Notes under the pieces: generated by a model
Seen by the model: the letters and a program-made list of their open reading frames with translations, nothing else
Database searches by the model: none
What the model was told of the DNA's origin: nothing
Shown here: piece after piece, positions 1 through 9,431 of the stretch
How the letters are laid out: each line of letters opens with the position of its first letter
How positions within the stretch are numbered: position 1 is the stretch's first letter
Program-made: the position numbers and the translations under genes
Assembly (NCBI GenBank): GCA_030037225.1
Contig: JASHRU010000403.1
Span: 1-50,844 of the forward strand
Direction of reading: 5' to 3'
Length of the DNA: 50,844 nucleotides
Origin: Candidatus Acidiferrales bacterium
GTDB taxonomy: Bacteria > Acidobacteriota > Terriglobia > Acidiferrales > UBA7541

Positions 1-213
1 CATTACCACCGCAAAGTGGCTGGAACGCGCTGGGAGAAATACTGGTATGCAGTCGGCACCACCGCCTTTCTCCGGGGCTTCCATCTGCTGAACCGCCTAG
101 ACCCCGACGAAAAGCTGGTGCTCAACCTGTTTGTGACCGCGCGGAAGGCGCCGATGGCCGTCCCCCAGTGTGCGGCTCAAGAACAACACGTTCAGGAGGC
201 GGTGCGTTCGTGA
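1..213 (+). CDS. 3' end of a gene running in from the left edge; possibly a class I SAM methyltransferase
   Basis: Frame is open from base 1 (HYHRKVAGTRWEKYW...LNLFVTARK...QEAVRS*). The final LFVTARK resembles the last strand of class I methyltransferases such as LTMTARK in 5507..6451. Confidence 0.5.
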   Translation, partial: HYHRKVAGTRWEKYWYAVGTTAFLRGFHLLNRLDPDEKLVLNLFVTARKAPMAVPQCAAQEQHVQEAVRS

Positions 214-280
214 GTGCGGAGGCTCGACCGAGCCCCGGAGCTATGAGCCCGCCAGCGGCAGGTGGATCTCGTTTCCTCCA

Positions 281-450
281 CAGCCTCTTACGCCAGGCCG
301 CCAGCCCCGATATCCCCAGAGGATGGGCCGCGGCGATATCCGTGAACTCGGAGATCGGCACCAGCACGCGGTCCCAGATGCGCCTCTGGGAAAGAGTGGG
401 CGCGCGCGAGTGCCGGGAATCGAACTTGTAATGCAGAAGGCGGTTGGACG
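281..450 (-). pseudogene. Decayed C-terminal fragment of a SAM methyltransferase paralogous to 1983..2687
   Basis: NRLL...SRAPTLSQRRIWDRVLVPISEFTDIAAAHPLGISGLAAWRKR aligns with NRLLLRSPAPRLGQIRFWDRFLVPISRFTDIVLAHSLGRSVLAVWRKRR of 1983..2687. The SAM-binding N-terminus is absent. Confidence 0.75.
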
Positions 451-484
451 CGCCGGCTGATTCGGCATGGCTAGCCCATAGAAA

Positions 485-1951
485 ATGCCGCGACTTTCGA
501 GCGAGCATCGTTTGGCGCTCCGGGTAGCTGCCGGGCTCTTTCTCATTTATCTGGCATTCCTGGCTCCCGGCATCTACTCGAGTGACGGCGCTTCCGCGCT
601 CGCGGTCTCCGAATCATTGGTCACGCAGCACAACTTCACCGTGCCCGAAAAGGTGGGAACGCTGGGGGCAGGCGGACAGTTCTATTCCAATTGGTATCCG
701 CTTCTCTCCATCCTGGCCGTTCCGTTCGTGTTCGCGGCGCTTCTGATCAGCCATGCGACCGGTCTGCCCCTTCATTATCTTGCCGGTGTGTGCGTGCTTC
801 CCATGATGGGCGCGCTCACGGCAGCCACCGCAGGCGCGGCTGTGGTGCTCGCCCGGCGATTGGGAGCAGACGAGAAAGGTGCCTGGCTGGCTGGTGTGAG
901 TTTCGGCCTGGGCACGGTGGCCCTTGCCTACGCTCGCGTGTTCTATGCTGACTCGCTCCTCGCGTTTCTGACTATTTCGGCTCTTTGCCTGACGATTGGC
1001 GGATCGCCACGGGAAGTCGCCGCCGCATCCTGTTTGGCTGGTCTGGCGGTTTTGGCCAAGCCCACGGGTGTGATGCTGGCGCCGATCTTGGCCGCCTATT
1101 TGCTCCTCAAGCGCGCCCCTCTCCGGATCTGTCTGTTGCCCCTCTTCGGTGCGGGCGTAGCCGGAGTCTTCTACATGGGCTACAACGTGATGCGGTTTGG
1201 CCATCCGCTCAATTTCGGCCGCGCCCTGGGCTTCGATCCGTCCGTCTTTCTATCGGGGTTTTCCGGTCTGCTCGTCAGTCCAGGCTGTGGACTCTTTTGG
1301 TATTGTCCGCCGGTTGTTCTGGCCCTGTTCGCTTTTCCAACGGCAGTAAGGCGAAAGAAGTGGGAAGCCCTCGCTATCGTTACTGTGTTCGCGGCCTTTC
1401 ACGTATTCCATGCTTTCTATTTGGATTGGCGGGGTGGCTGGTCCTGGGGGCCGCGGTATCTGCTTCCGGGCATCCCTGGTTTGTGCGCACTGGCGGGGCT
1501 GATGCAGGGCCGCGGCCGTAAGGCTCTCGTGTCACTGACTCTTCTCGGTTTCTTCGTGAGCGCCCCAACGTTATTTTCGTTCTATGAGCGTTACTTCGCC
1601 GAGTTGTCGCAACAAGGGATCCACGTGGGCACGGACACGGCCTGGTCCCTTCGTCATGCCCCGCTCCTTCACGTCTGGCCGGGTGCCTTTCGAGAGATTC
1701 AGGATGCGCGGGGCATGAACGCTTCCGAGCTTCTCGGGCAGAGGGAAGTTCCGCGATACTCCGTGGAAGAGTCCAGGGCCCTGCGCATCGTCGCCGTCTG
1801 GTGGTGGGTGCTTCCTGTAGTGCACGTGCAGCGATGGATTGGTTTTCTTGCCGCCCTGCTCCTGGTCATGCTCGGCTCGGTGATTCTCGCGAGGAGCCCG
1901 ATCCCGCCCTGGCGGCCGCTGCCACAGGAGCGCCCCGTTTTCGTCCCATGA
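485..1951 (+). CDS. GT-C fold (ArnT/PMT-like) integral membrane glycosyltransferase
   Basis: 488 aa, many TM segments, acidic residue after TM1 (YSSDG), YADSLLAF, LAKP and WGPRYLLP motifs. Confidence 0.75.
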   Translation: MPRLSSEHRLALRVAAGLFLIYLAFLAPGIYSSDGASALAVSESLVTQHNFTVPEKVGTLGAGGQFYSNWYPLLSILAVPFVFAALLISHATGLPLHYLAGVCVLPMMGALTAATAGAAVVLARRLGADEKGAWLAGVSFGLGTVALAYARVFYADSLLAFLTISALCLTIGGSPREVAAASCLAGLAVLAKPTGVMLAPILAAYLLLKRAPLRICLLPLFGAGVAGVFYMGYNVMRFGHPLNFGRALGFDPSVFLSGFSGLLVSPGCGLFWYCPPVVLALFAFPTAVRRKKWEALAIVTVFAAFHVFHAFYLDWRGGWSWGPRYLLPGIPGLCALAGLMQGRGRKALVSLTLLGFFVSAPTLFSFYERYFAELSQQGIHVGTDTAWSLRHAPLLHVWPGAFREIQDARGMNASELLGQREVPRYSVEESRALRIVAVWWWVLPVVHVQRWIGFLAALLLVMLGSVILARSPIPPWRPLPQERPVFVP

Positions 1952-1982
1952 CCTTCATGCCCATCCGAACCGGAAAGGATGC

Positions 1983-2687
1983 TTACCGCCTCTTGCGCCA
2001 AACGGCCAAGACCGATCGGCCAAGCGAATGGGCCAGGACAATGTCGGTGAACCGGGAGATGGGGACCAGAAATCGGTCCCAGAAGCGAATCTGGCCAAGA
2101 CGAGGAGCAGGCGACCTTAGCAAAAGCCGGTTTCCGGCTGAGCTCAGCATCCCTAGCGAATCCAAATACATGCATTTTTCTTCCTGCAAGCTTGAAGGAG
2201 CAATCCTTCTCAGTGACTCCCTTGTGTAGCGTCGATGGTGGCCGATGGCTGCGTCAAACGGTGAATAAAGCCATGGCATCGCGGGCGCCACAACCACCAA
2301 ATGGCCAGCCGAGTTCAGATGCTGCGTAGCACGAGCCAGTTCGCCCGCGTCGTCCTCAATGTGCTCCAGGACGTCCATGTAAAGGATGGCGTCGAACCGG
2401 CTTTGCGAGCCGATCGCGTTGAACGTTCCAATCACTATTTCACAATTTCGCAAGGTGGGGGAGACGATTGCCTCAATTCTTGCGGCCAGAGTGGGGTCCG
2501 GTTCGAGGCACACCCATCGCCGTGGACTGCCGTCGTTCAAGGCGAGCGTCGCGGCGCCAATCCCCGCACCAACCTCCAAAACGTCGCCGCTCAGATACGG
2601 GCGCACCTGGGAGCGCACATAGGACTTCCAGTTTGTAGCGTGGGCAAAGATCTCCAGTTCCGTGCCGACGTAGCGGGTCTCAGTCAT
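1983..2687 (-). CDS. Class I SAM-dependent methyltransferase
   Basis: VLEVGAGIG motif I, FDAILYMDVLEHIEDD, GHHRRY. The start overlaps the stop of the upstream GT2. Confidence 0.9.
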   Translation of the reverse strand: MTETRYVGTELEIFAHATNWKSYVRSQVRPYLSGDVLEVGAGIGAATLALNDGSPRRWVCLEPDPTLAARIEAIVSPTLRNCEIVIGTFNAIGSQSRFDAILYMDVLEHIEDDAGELARATQHLNSAGHLVVVAPAMPWLYSPFDAAIGHHRRYTRESLRRIAPSSLQEEKCMYLDSLGMLSSAGNRLLLRSPAPRLGQIRFWDRFLVPISRFTDIVLAHSLGRSVLAVWRKRR

Positions 2688-3711
2688 GCTTCGTAAGCAC
2701 GATCCGCTCCCGGCGGATGAAGAGCGGGCAATCCCGGATCGGGACGAAGCTCGATTGCCCGCGGCTGTAGAGAACCACGAAGGTGAATATCAAAGAAAGC
2801 AAGAGACATTGGCAAAGCAACACCAGCAACAAGCCGCTCGCGGTGGTCGCCCAGCCCGGAATGGCCATATGCGTGGTGAATTTGATGAGCACCGTGGCAA
2901 TCATCAGCGCGATGGTGGCCATCGCGAATATGCCCGTCGCAGTCAGCAGGCGCACCCCCACTGTGTCGCCGAACACGGACATGGCGCTGAACCCGTGGAT
3001 CACCAGGCCCACGAAGTTCATTTTCGACTCTCCCGCCAGCCGTTTCGCGCGGTTGATGGGAATCGAGGTGAAGGGCAATTTGGTCTTGATGACGGAAGCC
3101 GCGTAGTGGTTCCACAGGTCAGAGGTCACCACGAGCGATTGCAGGAAAGCGGCGGGCACGGCGCTGAAATTGCCGATCCGGATATCGAATCCCACCAGCA
3201 GCCGGTGAATCGTTCGGTAAATCTGGTAGAAGAACTTGAAGAAAATCCCCTCGGCTCGCCGGGCTCGCGCAGCGAATACGACTTTCCGCTGTCCTTGCCT
3301 GCCAAACTCTTCCAGCAGGCGCGGAATCTCGGAGGGCTCGTCTTCCCCGTCTCCATCCATGAGCACGACCACGCCTTCAACGCCTTTCAAATGGAGATGC
3401 ACAAGGCCCACGGCCAGGGCGCGCTGGTGCCCCAGATTTTTCTTGAGCTCCAGGATGCGGACTTCATGCAACGTCTGCGGCGAAGTCTTCGGAAACTCTT
3501 GGGGAGGCGGCTCCGTGGAGCCGTCGTCCACCAACACCACTTGTCCCGTGAGACCGTGCTGGCGAAAGGTGGCATCCAGTTTGGAAACGAGAGCGTCGGC
3601 CACAGCCCAGTCATTGAAAACGGGAATCAGAACTGTCAAAGGAAGTGGATCGGAAGGGCTCGCACCAGTTTTGGCGTCGTCGGTCGGATGCACGAATGCA
3701 CCGTGGCCCAA
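2680..3711 (-). CDS. GT2 polyprenyl-phosphate glycosyltransferase (GtrB/ArnC/DPM-like) with two C-terminal TM helices
   Basis: VLIPVFND, LVDDGS, NLGHQRA, MDGDGED (DxD), RLAGESKM, PGWATT. The exact start codon is uncertain. Confidence 0.88.
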   Translation of the reverse strand: MGHGAFVHPTDDAKTGASPSDPLPLTVLIPVFNDWAVADALVSKLDATFRQHGLTGQVVLVDDGSTEPPPQEFPKTSPQTLHEVRILELKKNLGHQRALAVGLVHLHLKGVEGVVVLMDGDGEDEPSEIPRLLEEFGRQGQRKVVFAARARRAEGIFFKFFYQIYRTIHRLLVGFDIRIGNFSAVPAAFLQSLVVTSDLWNHYAASVIKTKLPFTSIPINRAKRLAGESKMNFVGLVIHGFSAMSVFGDTVGVRLLTATGIFAMATIALMIATVLIKFTTHMAIPGWATTASGLLLVLLCQCLLLSLIFTFVVLYSRGQSSFVPIRDCPLFIRRERIVLTKHD

Positions 3712-3732
3712 AATCCAACGGCAACGGTGGCT

Positions 3733-3741
3733 ATCTTAGCA
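3733..3741 (-). promoter_or_regulatory. Putative extended -10 promoter (TGcTAAGAT) for the inverted GT2-methyltransferase pair
   Basis: Minus strand reads catGC-TAAGAT about 20 nt upstream of the GT2 ORF, in the divergent intergenic gap. Confidence 0.4.
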
Positions 3742-3803
3742 TGGGAGATGCACCGCCAGTTCGGGGCACCCCAGCGTACCAGAACAGCGGTTACTGAACT
3801 CTG

Positions 3804-5510
3804 ATGAGTGCCCGCGAACTAGCCGGACCCGCCTTTCAGCCAGCAGTGGAACGGGACCGCGTATCGGCTCGGCACTGGACGGCGCTGGGAGCCCTGATTG
3901 CCTCTGGCGTGGCGGCCGTGGCCTTGCTGATCTGGGCGTATCGAGGGTTCATTGCTACGCCGTGGTTGCCGCTCTACGACGAGTCGGGCTACTTCAGAGG
4001 CGCCGTGCAGATTTGGCACGCCCTGCGCACAGGCGGTCTGCATGCCCTCGCGCGGGAAACTTGGAATTACCACTTGATTCTCGGCGGGCCGTTCCTCTCG
4101 CCTTATTGTCTCGCCTTGGGATTTATCTTTGGGAGCACCACTCTGGAGGCCGCGCGCTGCGCCAGCTTGCTTGCTGGTTTCTTTTCCTGGGTGGGCATCG
4201 TGTGGTTGGCCGCCGAACTGGTGGACGAAGGAAAGGCATATGCGGCGGCGATCGCGGGGGTCCTCTGGGGAACTTCGCCCATGTTCCTCTTTTACGCCTC
4301 GAGGAGTCTTTACGACAGCTTTGCCCTGGTGACGACCGCCTTTTGTCTCATCGCCGCAGCCCGATTCGCCCGCAGCGGCGGACGCTGGGCAGCGGTGGCC
4401 ACTGGGTTTCTGGTTTGTTTGTCGTACGAAATCAAGTGCAACGTCGGCATGCTCCTGTTAGCGGCCTTGTTTCTCGGTATGGCCTATCCGGAGATCCGCG
4501 CGCGCCTTGCAAAAGACACACGTGGATTTCTGGCGCCCCTTACGCGACCGTGGTTCCTGCTGGCGGCCAGCACACTGCTGCCCTTAATTGCCTTCTTGTC
4601 GGTGGACGGTGTGCGGGCACTCCTGCGCTACCTTCACGGCTATCCCTTCGACCCATTGGGCCCGGGGGACTACCTTCTGTATTATCCGCGCTCGCTATTC
4701 CAGGAATACGTCTCCACTCCGTGTCTCGCAGTGGTTCTCCTTTTTGGCGTTCTGTACTGGGCTTGGAAAGGATGGGGCAAGCCCGTGGCGCGCGTCGCGT
4801 TGCTCTATGTCGTCCTTCAATCCATCAGTGCCACACTGCACCCTCAAAAAGATGGCCGTTTCATTTGGGGTGCTGTAGCTGTAGCAGCCTCTCTCGCTGG
4901 CGCGTGTCTCGCTCAGGAACTCTCCCGGCTCGCGTTGCGTCCGCGCTTCGCGGCCTCGGCCGTTCTCGTTGCCGCGCTCGCCTATTCCATTTGGGCCGCC
5001 CCGGCATCAGCGGAGCAGTTCTTCTTGCAGGTTCAGGTGGCCCCAACCCCCGCGCAACAGGCGACCCTTCTTCAGGGATTGAATTTCGTCCGCGACAATA
5101 CCGCCCGCCAGGAGACCCTTCTGGTGGCTGGCTTTGCCGATGAGGGAATCAACTTGCCGATGCTCCAGCAATTCCTCATGAATCCCGTTTCCGGCCAACT
5201 GCAAGAGATGCCGGCGCTCCCCTATGCGGAGCTCCCCGCGAACTGGGGGATCTCGGCACAGCCCTCGCCGTTCTACGCCGAGCAATTGGAAAAAGCCTTC
5301 TTACAAAATCCGGACGCAAGCCTGGTGATCTTCGATCACGAGGCCGGCTCGCCGTTTCGCGGACGTCTGTATCCCTGGGTTTTTGCCTGGCAGGAGAACT
5401 ACGGCACTGCTGCGCGAAATATGAAGAGCTTGGCAGTCACCGCCCAGCTGGATTCACCTACGGGCTTGCGCGTCACAATTTACCGCCGCAGGACGATCAG
5501 CGCCCGATGA
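3804..5510 (+). CDS. GT-C fold (ArnT/PMT_2-like) membrane glycosyltransferase
   Basis: 568 aa, YDE acidic motif after TM1, LYDSF, KDGRF, many TMs and a C-terminal soluble domain. Confidence 0.75.
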   Translation: MSARELAGPAFQPAVERDRVSARHWTALGALIASGVAAVALLIWAYRGFIATPWLPLYDESGYFRGAVQIWHALRTGGLHALARETWNYHLILGGPFLSPYCLALGFIFGSTTLEAARCASLLAGFFSWVGIVWLAAELVDEGKAYAAAIAGVLWGTSPMFLFYASRSLYDSFALVTTAFCLIAAARFARSGGRWAAVATGFLVCLSYEIKCNVGMLLLAALFLGMAYPEIRARLAKDTRGFLAPLTRPWFLLAASTLLPLIAFLSVDGVRALLRYLHGYPFDPLGPGDYLLYYPRSLFQEYVSTPCLAVVLLFGVLYWAWKGWGKPVARVALLYVVLQSISATLHPQKDGRFIWGAVAVAASLAGACLAQELSRLALRPRFAASAVLVAALAYSIWAAPASAEQFFLQVQVAPTPAQQATLLQGLNFVRDNTARQETLLVAGFADEGINLPMLQQFLMNPVSGQLQEMPALPYAELPANWGISAQPSPFYAEQLEKAFLQNPDASLVIFDHEAGSPFRGRLYPWVFAWQENYGTAARNMKSLAVTAQLDSPTGLRVTIYRRRTISAR

Positions 5511-6451
5511 GTCTGGTTGAACTTCCGTCCCCTCCCCAAACTCCTATGGAAACGGAGAAGCAGGATCTACGTCGCTACTGGGACGCTCATCCCATTTCCA
5601 CCGACAGCGTGCCGTACGAAGTCGGCTCGCGGGAATCCTTCGAAGCCATCTACGAAAAGTGGAAGCAAACCATCGATCAGATGCGCCTCGACTTCCTCGA
5701 ATCCTGCCGCGGACGCAAAGTGCTCGAAGTCGGCTGCGGCATCGGCAAGGACGCGCGCTATCTCGCGGAAAATGGGATCGACTACACCGGCCTCGATTAC
5801 AGTTTCCGCGCGCTGGGTCTCGCGCAGAAGCATTTCGGCTTCGCGGGCCTGCGCAAGCGCTTCGTGAACGCAGACGCAGTCGCGCTTCCCTTTGCCGACG
5901 ATACCTTCGGCCTCGCTATGTCCATTGGGGTCATCCATCACATCGTGGGCACGCCTAAAGCCTGCCGCGAGTTGGTGCGCGTAACTGCCCCCGGCGGAAC
6001 CGTGCGGGTGATGTTCTACAACCGCGAGTCGTACCACTACCTGCTGGTGAATTGGATCGTTCGCCCGCTCATCTGGATGATGTTGCATGTGCGCCCGCTC
6101 GAAATCTTTCTCCGCTGGGCGCCGGAAAAGTATCGCCACCTTTTTGCCATTTCCAAACAGCACGGACTCTCCCGTGAGCAGCTGCTGGCTACCAGCGCGG
6201 ACACGAGCTTCGCCGGGCAGGACAACTTCATCCCGCGCTCGGGTTTCTGGACCGAGCGGGAAATGCGGGAGTTGTTCTCCGGAATGGAGGATTTTTGTTT
6301 CGTTCGCCGCGACCTGAAATACTTCCCGTTCCCGTTTCTGAGCGGCTGGGTGGAACCTCGCTGGGGATTTTTCCTGACCATGACGGCAAGGAAGCCCGTC
6401 CCGGCGTTGGCAAGAACCAGGGCGGCCGCAGCAGCCACAGCTTCTGACTGA
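5507..6451 (+). CDS. Class I SAM-dependent methyltransferase
   Basis: VLEVGCGIG, ADAVALPFADDTF, GVIHH, PGG. ATGA overlap with the previous gene. Confidence 0.9.
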   Translation: MSLVELPSPPQTPMETEKQDLRRYWDAHPISTDSVPYEVGSRESFEAIYEKWKQTIDQMRLDFLESCRGRKVLEVGCGIGKDARYLAENGIDYTGLDYSFRALGLAQKHFGFAGLRKRFVNADAVALPFADDTFGLAMSIGVIHHIVGTPKACRELVRVTAPGGTVRVMFYNRESYHYLLVNWIVRPLIWMMLHVRPLEIFLRWAPEKYRHLFAISKQHGLSREQLLATSADTSFAGQDNFIPRSGFWTEREMRELFSGMEDFCFVRRDLKYFPFPFLSGWVEPRWGFFLTMTARKPVPALARTRAAAAATASD

Positions 6452-6455
6452 GCGT

Positions 6456-8186
6456 ATGCGCTGGACACTCAGGAATCCTCTTCCGCCTGAAAAGCCCGAT
6501 GCGCATGGTGTGGCTGCGTTGTCTGCCGCCACCGTGACGACAGCCCTGGAAAGGGTCGATACGCATGCGCCCGCAGCAGGAGGGAGCCTTCTGACGACGG
6601 TCCTCTCCGACTGGATTCCGTCTGCGCTCCGATGGGCAGTCGTCGGCGCGGCCATTCTATACATCAGCGTCTATCTCTTTGTGGCTTACCGGCGCATGGT
6701 TTATCCCTTCGACCTTGAACGGCTGGAAGGGAGTGCGGTGGAGCAAGTGGACCGCGTGCTGCGCGGAGAGCCCCTATTCGTTGCGCCCAGCCTCAATTAT
6801 GTGCCCATGGTTTACACGCCGGTCTATTTCTACGTGTCCGCTCTGCCAGCAAAACTGATGGGCCTCGGCTTCGCGCCCCTCCGGCTTGTGTCCATTCTGG
6901 CTTCACTGGGCTGCTTTGCGCTCCTATATATGTTCGTCCACAGGGAAACCTCCAGCCATTATTGTTCGCTGGTCAGCGTGGGCTTGTTCGCGGCCACATT
7001 CCGAGAAACGGGCGATTGGCTCGAATTAGCGCGAACGGATTCGCTTTATCTGTTCCTGCTTGTGCTGGGCGCGTATCTGCTGCGCTGGAAGCGCGGATCA
7101 AAGTGGCTGGTGCTCGCGGGCGGATGCGCTGCCCTTGCCTTCCTCACCAAGCAGACCGCTTTGCTCGTCATCCTTCCGCTGGTGATTTACGCTGCATCTC
7201 TTGGATTTCGTCTCTTCGTCGCATTCGCTGGCGCGGCGGGCGTACTGGGCGCCGGTGGAATCGCGCTGTTGCACCTCCGCAGCGGGGGTTGGTCCACATT
7301 CTATTTGTTTTCATTGACCTCCTCGTTTCTCACCTTGAAGGGCCACATCGTGCTCTTCTGGATCAACGACATCTTTCGTGTCCTTCCTATCGCCGTCGCG
7401 TTCTGTGTGCTCTTTTTCCTGGACGCCGCGGACGAGAAAGATCGTCGCGCTGTGTGGTTTTACACTTGTTTCGGGGCGGGTATGCTGGCTGCCTCCTGGC
7501 TTTACTCTCTCAACTGGGGCGCATATCTGAACGGGCGCCTTCCCGTTTATTTTTTCCTCTGCCTGGCTACGGGTCTAGGCACCCACCGGGTTCTGGACCT
7601 TCTCGCAACGCGCGCTGGCGATCGGGCCCGCATCGGCCAAAGCGTGCTGTTCGCCGCGCTATTGATTCAGTCTTGTGCGTTGGTTTACGACCCCCGGCTG
7701 GTCATTCCCGGGAGCAGGGATGTCGAACTTGGCAGGCAGGTCTTGGCCAGAATTACTCAGATCCCGGGTCCGGTGTACGTGCCCAACCACACCTACCTTT
7801 CAGCCCTGGCCGGAAAGCAAAGCTTCGCGCACATACTGAACCTCTGCACTTTGCTCGTTTCGGGAAACCCTCACACGGTCGCGCCTTTAGGTGAACAACT
7901 CCGCGATGCGTTCCGCAACAAGCGCTTCAGCGCCGTGGTTCAGGATGCCGTTTGGACCGGAGACGTAGTGGCCGAAGTGTATCGGTCGGACTTTCTCGAG
8001 AATTATCAGCCCGACCAGGAAATCGTGTACCCCGAAAGCGATTCCCGTCGCCTGGCCACAGGTCTCCCAGCGCCCCAGCGAGTCGCCTTCATCATTTACG
8101 TGCCCAAGGCCACTAATAACGCCTCACAAATCGCCCTGCCTCCCGATCGAAGTCAGAGTTCCGGCCAGCTCAAGGCGCCCCAATAG
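6456..8186 (+). CDS. GT-C fold (PMT_2-like) membrane glycosyltransferase
   Basis: 576 aa, YPFDLERLEG, YTPVYFY, ARTDSL and LTKQ motifs with multiple TMs. The start may lie further downstream. Confidence 0.75.
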   Translation: MRWTLRNPLPPEKPDAHGVAALSAATVTTALERVDTHAPAAGGSLLTTVLSDWIPSALRWAVVGAAILYISVYLFVAYRRMVYPFDLERLEGSAVEQVDRVLRGEPLFVAPSLNYVPMVYTPVYFYVSALPAKLMGLGFAPLRLVSILASLGCFALLYMFVHRETSSHYCSLVSVGLFAATFRETGDWLELARTDSLYLFLLVLGAYLLRWKRGSKWLVLAGGCAALAFLTKQTALLVILPLVIYAASLGFRLFVAFAGAAGVLGAGGIALLHLRSGGWSTFYLFSLTSSFLTLKGHIVLFWINDIFRVLPIAVAFCVLFFLDAADEKDRRAVWFYTCFGAGMLAASWLYSLNWGAYLNGRLPVYFFLCLATGLGTHRVLDLLATRAGDRARIGQSVLFAALLIQSCALVYDPRLVIPGSRDVELGRQVLARITQIPGPVYVPNHTYLSALAGKQSFAHILNLCTLLVSGNPHTVAPLGEQLRDAFRNKRFSAVVQDAVWTGDVVAEVYRSDFLENYQPDQEIVYPESDSRRLATGLPAPQRVAFIIYVPKATNNASQIALPPDRSQSSGQLKAPQ

Positions 8187-8189
8187 CCG

Positions 8190-9431
8190 ATGCGCGTGTT
8201 GCTCATCACAAAGAGCTTTCCGCCGGTCTCCTGCGGGGTGGGGGATTATGCCAGCCGCCTCGCTGAGGAGCTGACCGCAGCCGGCAACGGCGTGACCGTG
8301 CTCACCGCACCCGCCGATGCGCCGCGCCATTTTTCATCCAGCCTCCGCGAGCAACCTCTTCGCGGCTGGCGTGACCTGCGGCCGGCGATCGAGGCCATTG
8401 TCGCATCTGCACCCGACCACGTGCAGCTCGAATACTCGGGATACGCCTGGGGACGCTGGGGCTTCGCTTGGTGGCTCAATGCCCTCTTGTTCTGTCTCAG
8501 GCTCCGGAGAATTTCCGTGCATGTGGGCCTGCACGAACTGGCCATTAGCATGCGCCAACATCCGCTTCAAACGCCCGTGGCGCTCGCCCAATGGTTTCAC
8601 ATCGCGCTTACTCTCGGCGCTGTGAATTCGGCGGCCGTAAACATGCGCTCGCGTGTCTCGTCTCTGGAGCGCTTCTTCCCCTGGTGGCGCGAAAAGATCC
8701 GCTACCGGCCGAATTCGAGCAATATCCCCGTAATTCGATACTCCGAAGCCGAACGCGCAGACTACCGGCGCGAGCGCGGTGTTTCTACCGGCGAACTCGT
8801 CGTGGCCACGTTCGGCCTGTTTCATCCCGCCAAGAACTATGAAGCGCTGATAGAGGCGGTCTCGCTCGTTCGCGGCTCGCGGACCGTGCGCTTGTGGATG
8901 CTGGGAAATTTCGCTGTGGCTTCGCCGGAATACATCGCGCGCCTGAAAAACACGGAGCATGCGGCGGGCATTCAAGATGCCGTATGGTGGTCGGGCAGGC
9001 TTGAAGCAGCAGACATTTCCCGCGCGCTTCAGTCTGCCGACGTGTTCGTGCTCCCACAGCCCGACGGCCACCTCACGCGCAGTGGAGCCTTCATGGCCGC
9101 CGCGGCACATGGGCTGCCCGTTGTGGCCGTCCGCCAGCCCGGAGGCCGCGACCAGGCCGAATTCACCCACGCGGAGCATTTGTGGCTCGCGAAGCAGAGC
9201 ACAGGGGAAGAATTCGCGGCCGCCATTCGCCAGTTGGCCGGCGATCCCGCCGGGGCGGAGCGCATGGGCCGCAACCTTCAGGAACTCTACGCTGCGCGGT
9301 TTGATTGGCCGATTGCGGCCGCGGCTTTCCGCAGGGCCGATGCCGTTCCGCCGGAATCCGCCTCGGACGAATCATCCGTTGAACGCGGGCCCGTGGCGGC
9401 CGTAACGCACCCCGGAGGAACCAGGACGTGA
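8190..9431 (+). CDS. Glycosyltransferase family 4
   Basis: MRVLLI...CGVGDY, FGLFHPAKNYE, ADVFVLP, AAAHGLPVV. Confidence 0.88.
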   Translation: MRVLLITKSFPPVSCGVGDYASRLAEELTAAGNGVTVLTAPADAPRHFSSSLREQPLRGWRDLRPAIEAIVASAPDHVQLEYSGYAWGRWGFAWWLNALLFCLRLRRISVHVGLHELAISMRQHPLQTPVALAQWFHIALTLGAVNSAAVNMRSRVSSLERFFPWWREKIRYRPNSSNIPVIRYSEAERADYRRERGVSTGELVVATFGLFHPAKNYEALIEAVSLVRGSRTVRLWMLGNFAVASPEYIARLKNTEHAAGIQDAVWWSGRLEAADISRALQSADVFVLPQPDGHLTRSGAFMAAAAHGLPVVAVRQPGGRDQAEFTHAEHLWLAKQSTGEEFAAAIRQLAGDPAGAERMGRNLQELYAARFDWPIAAAAFRRADAVPPESASDESSVERGPVAAVTHPGGTRT

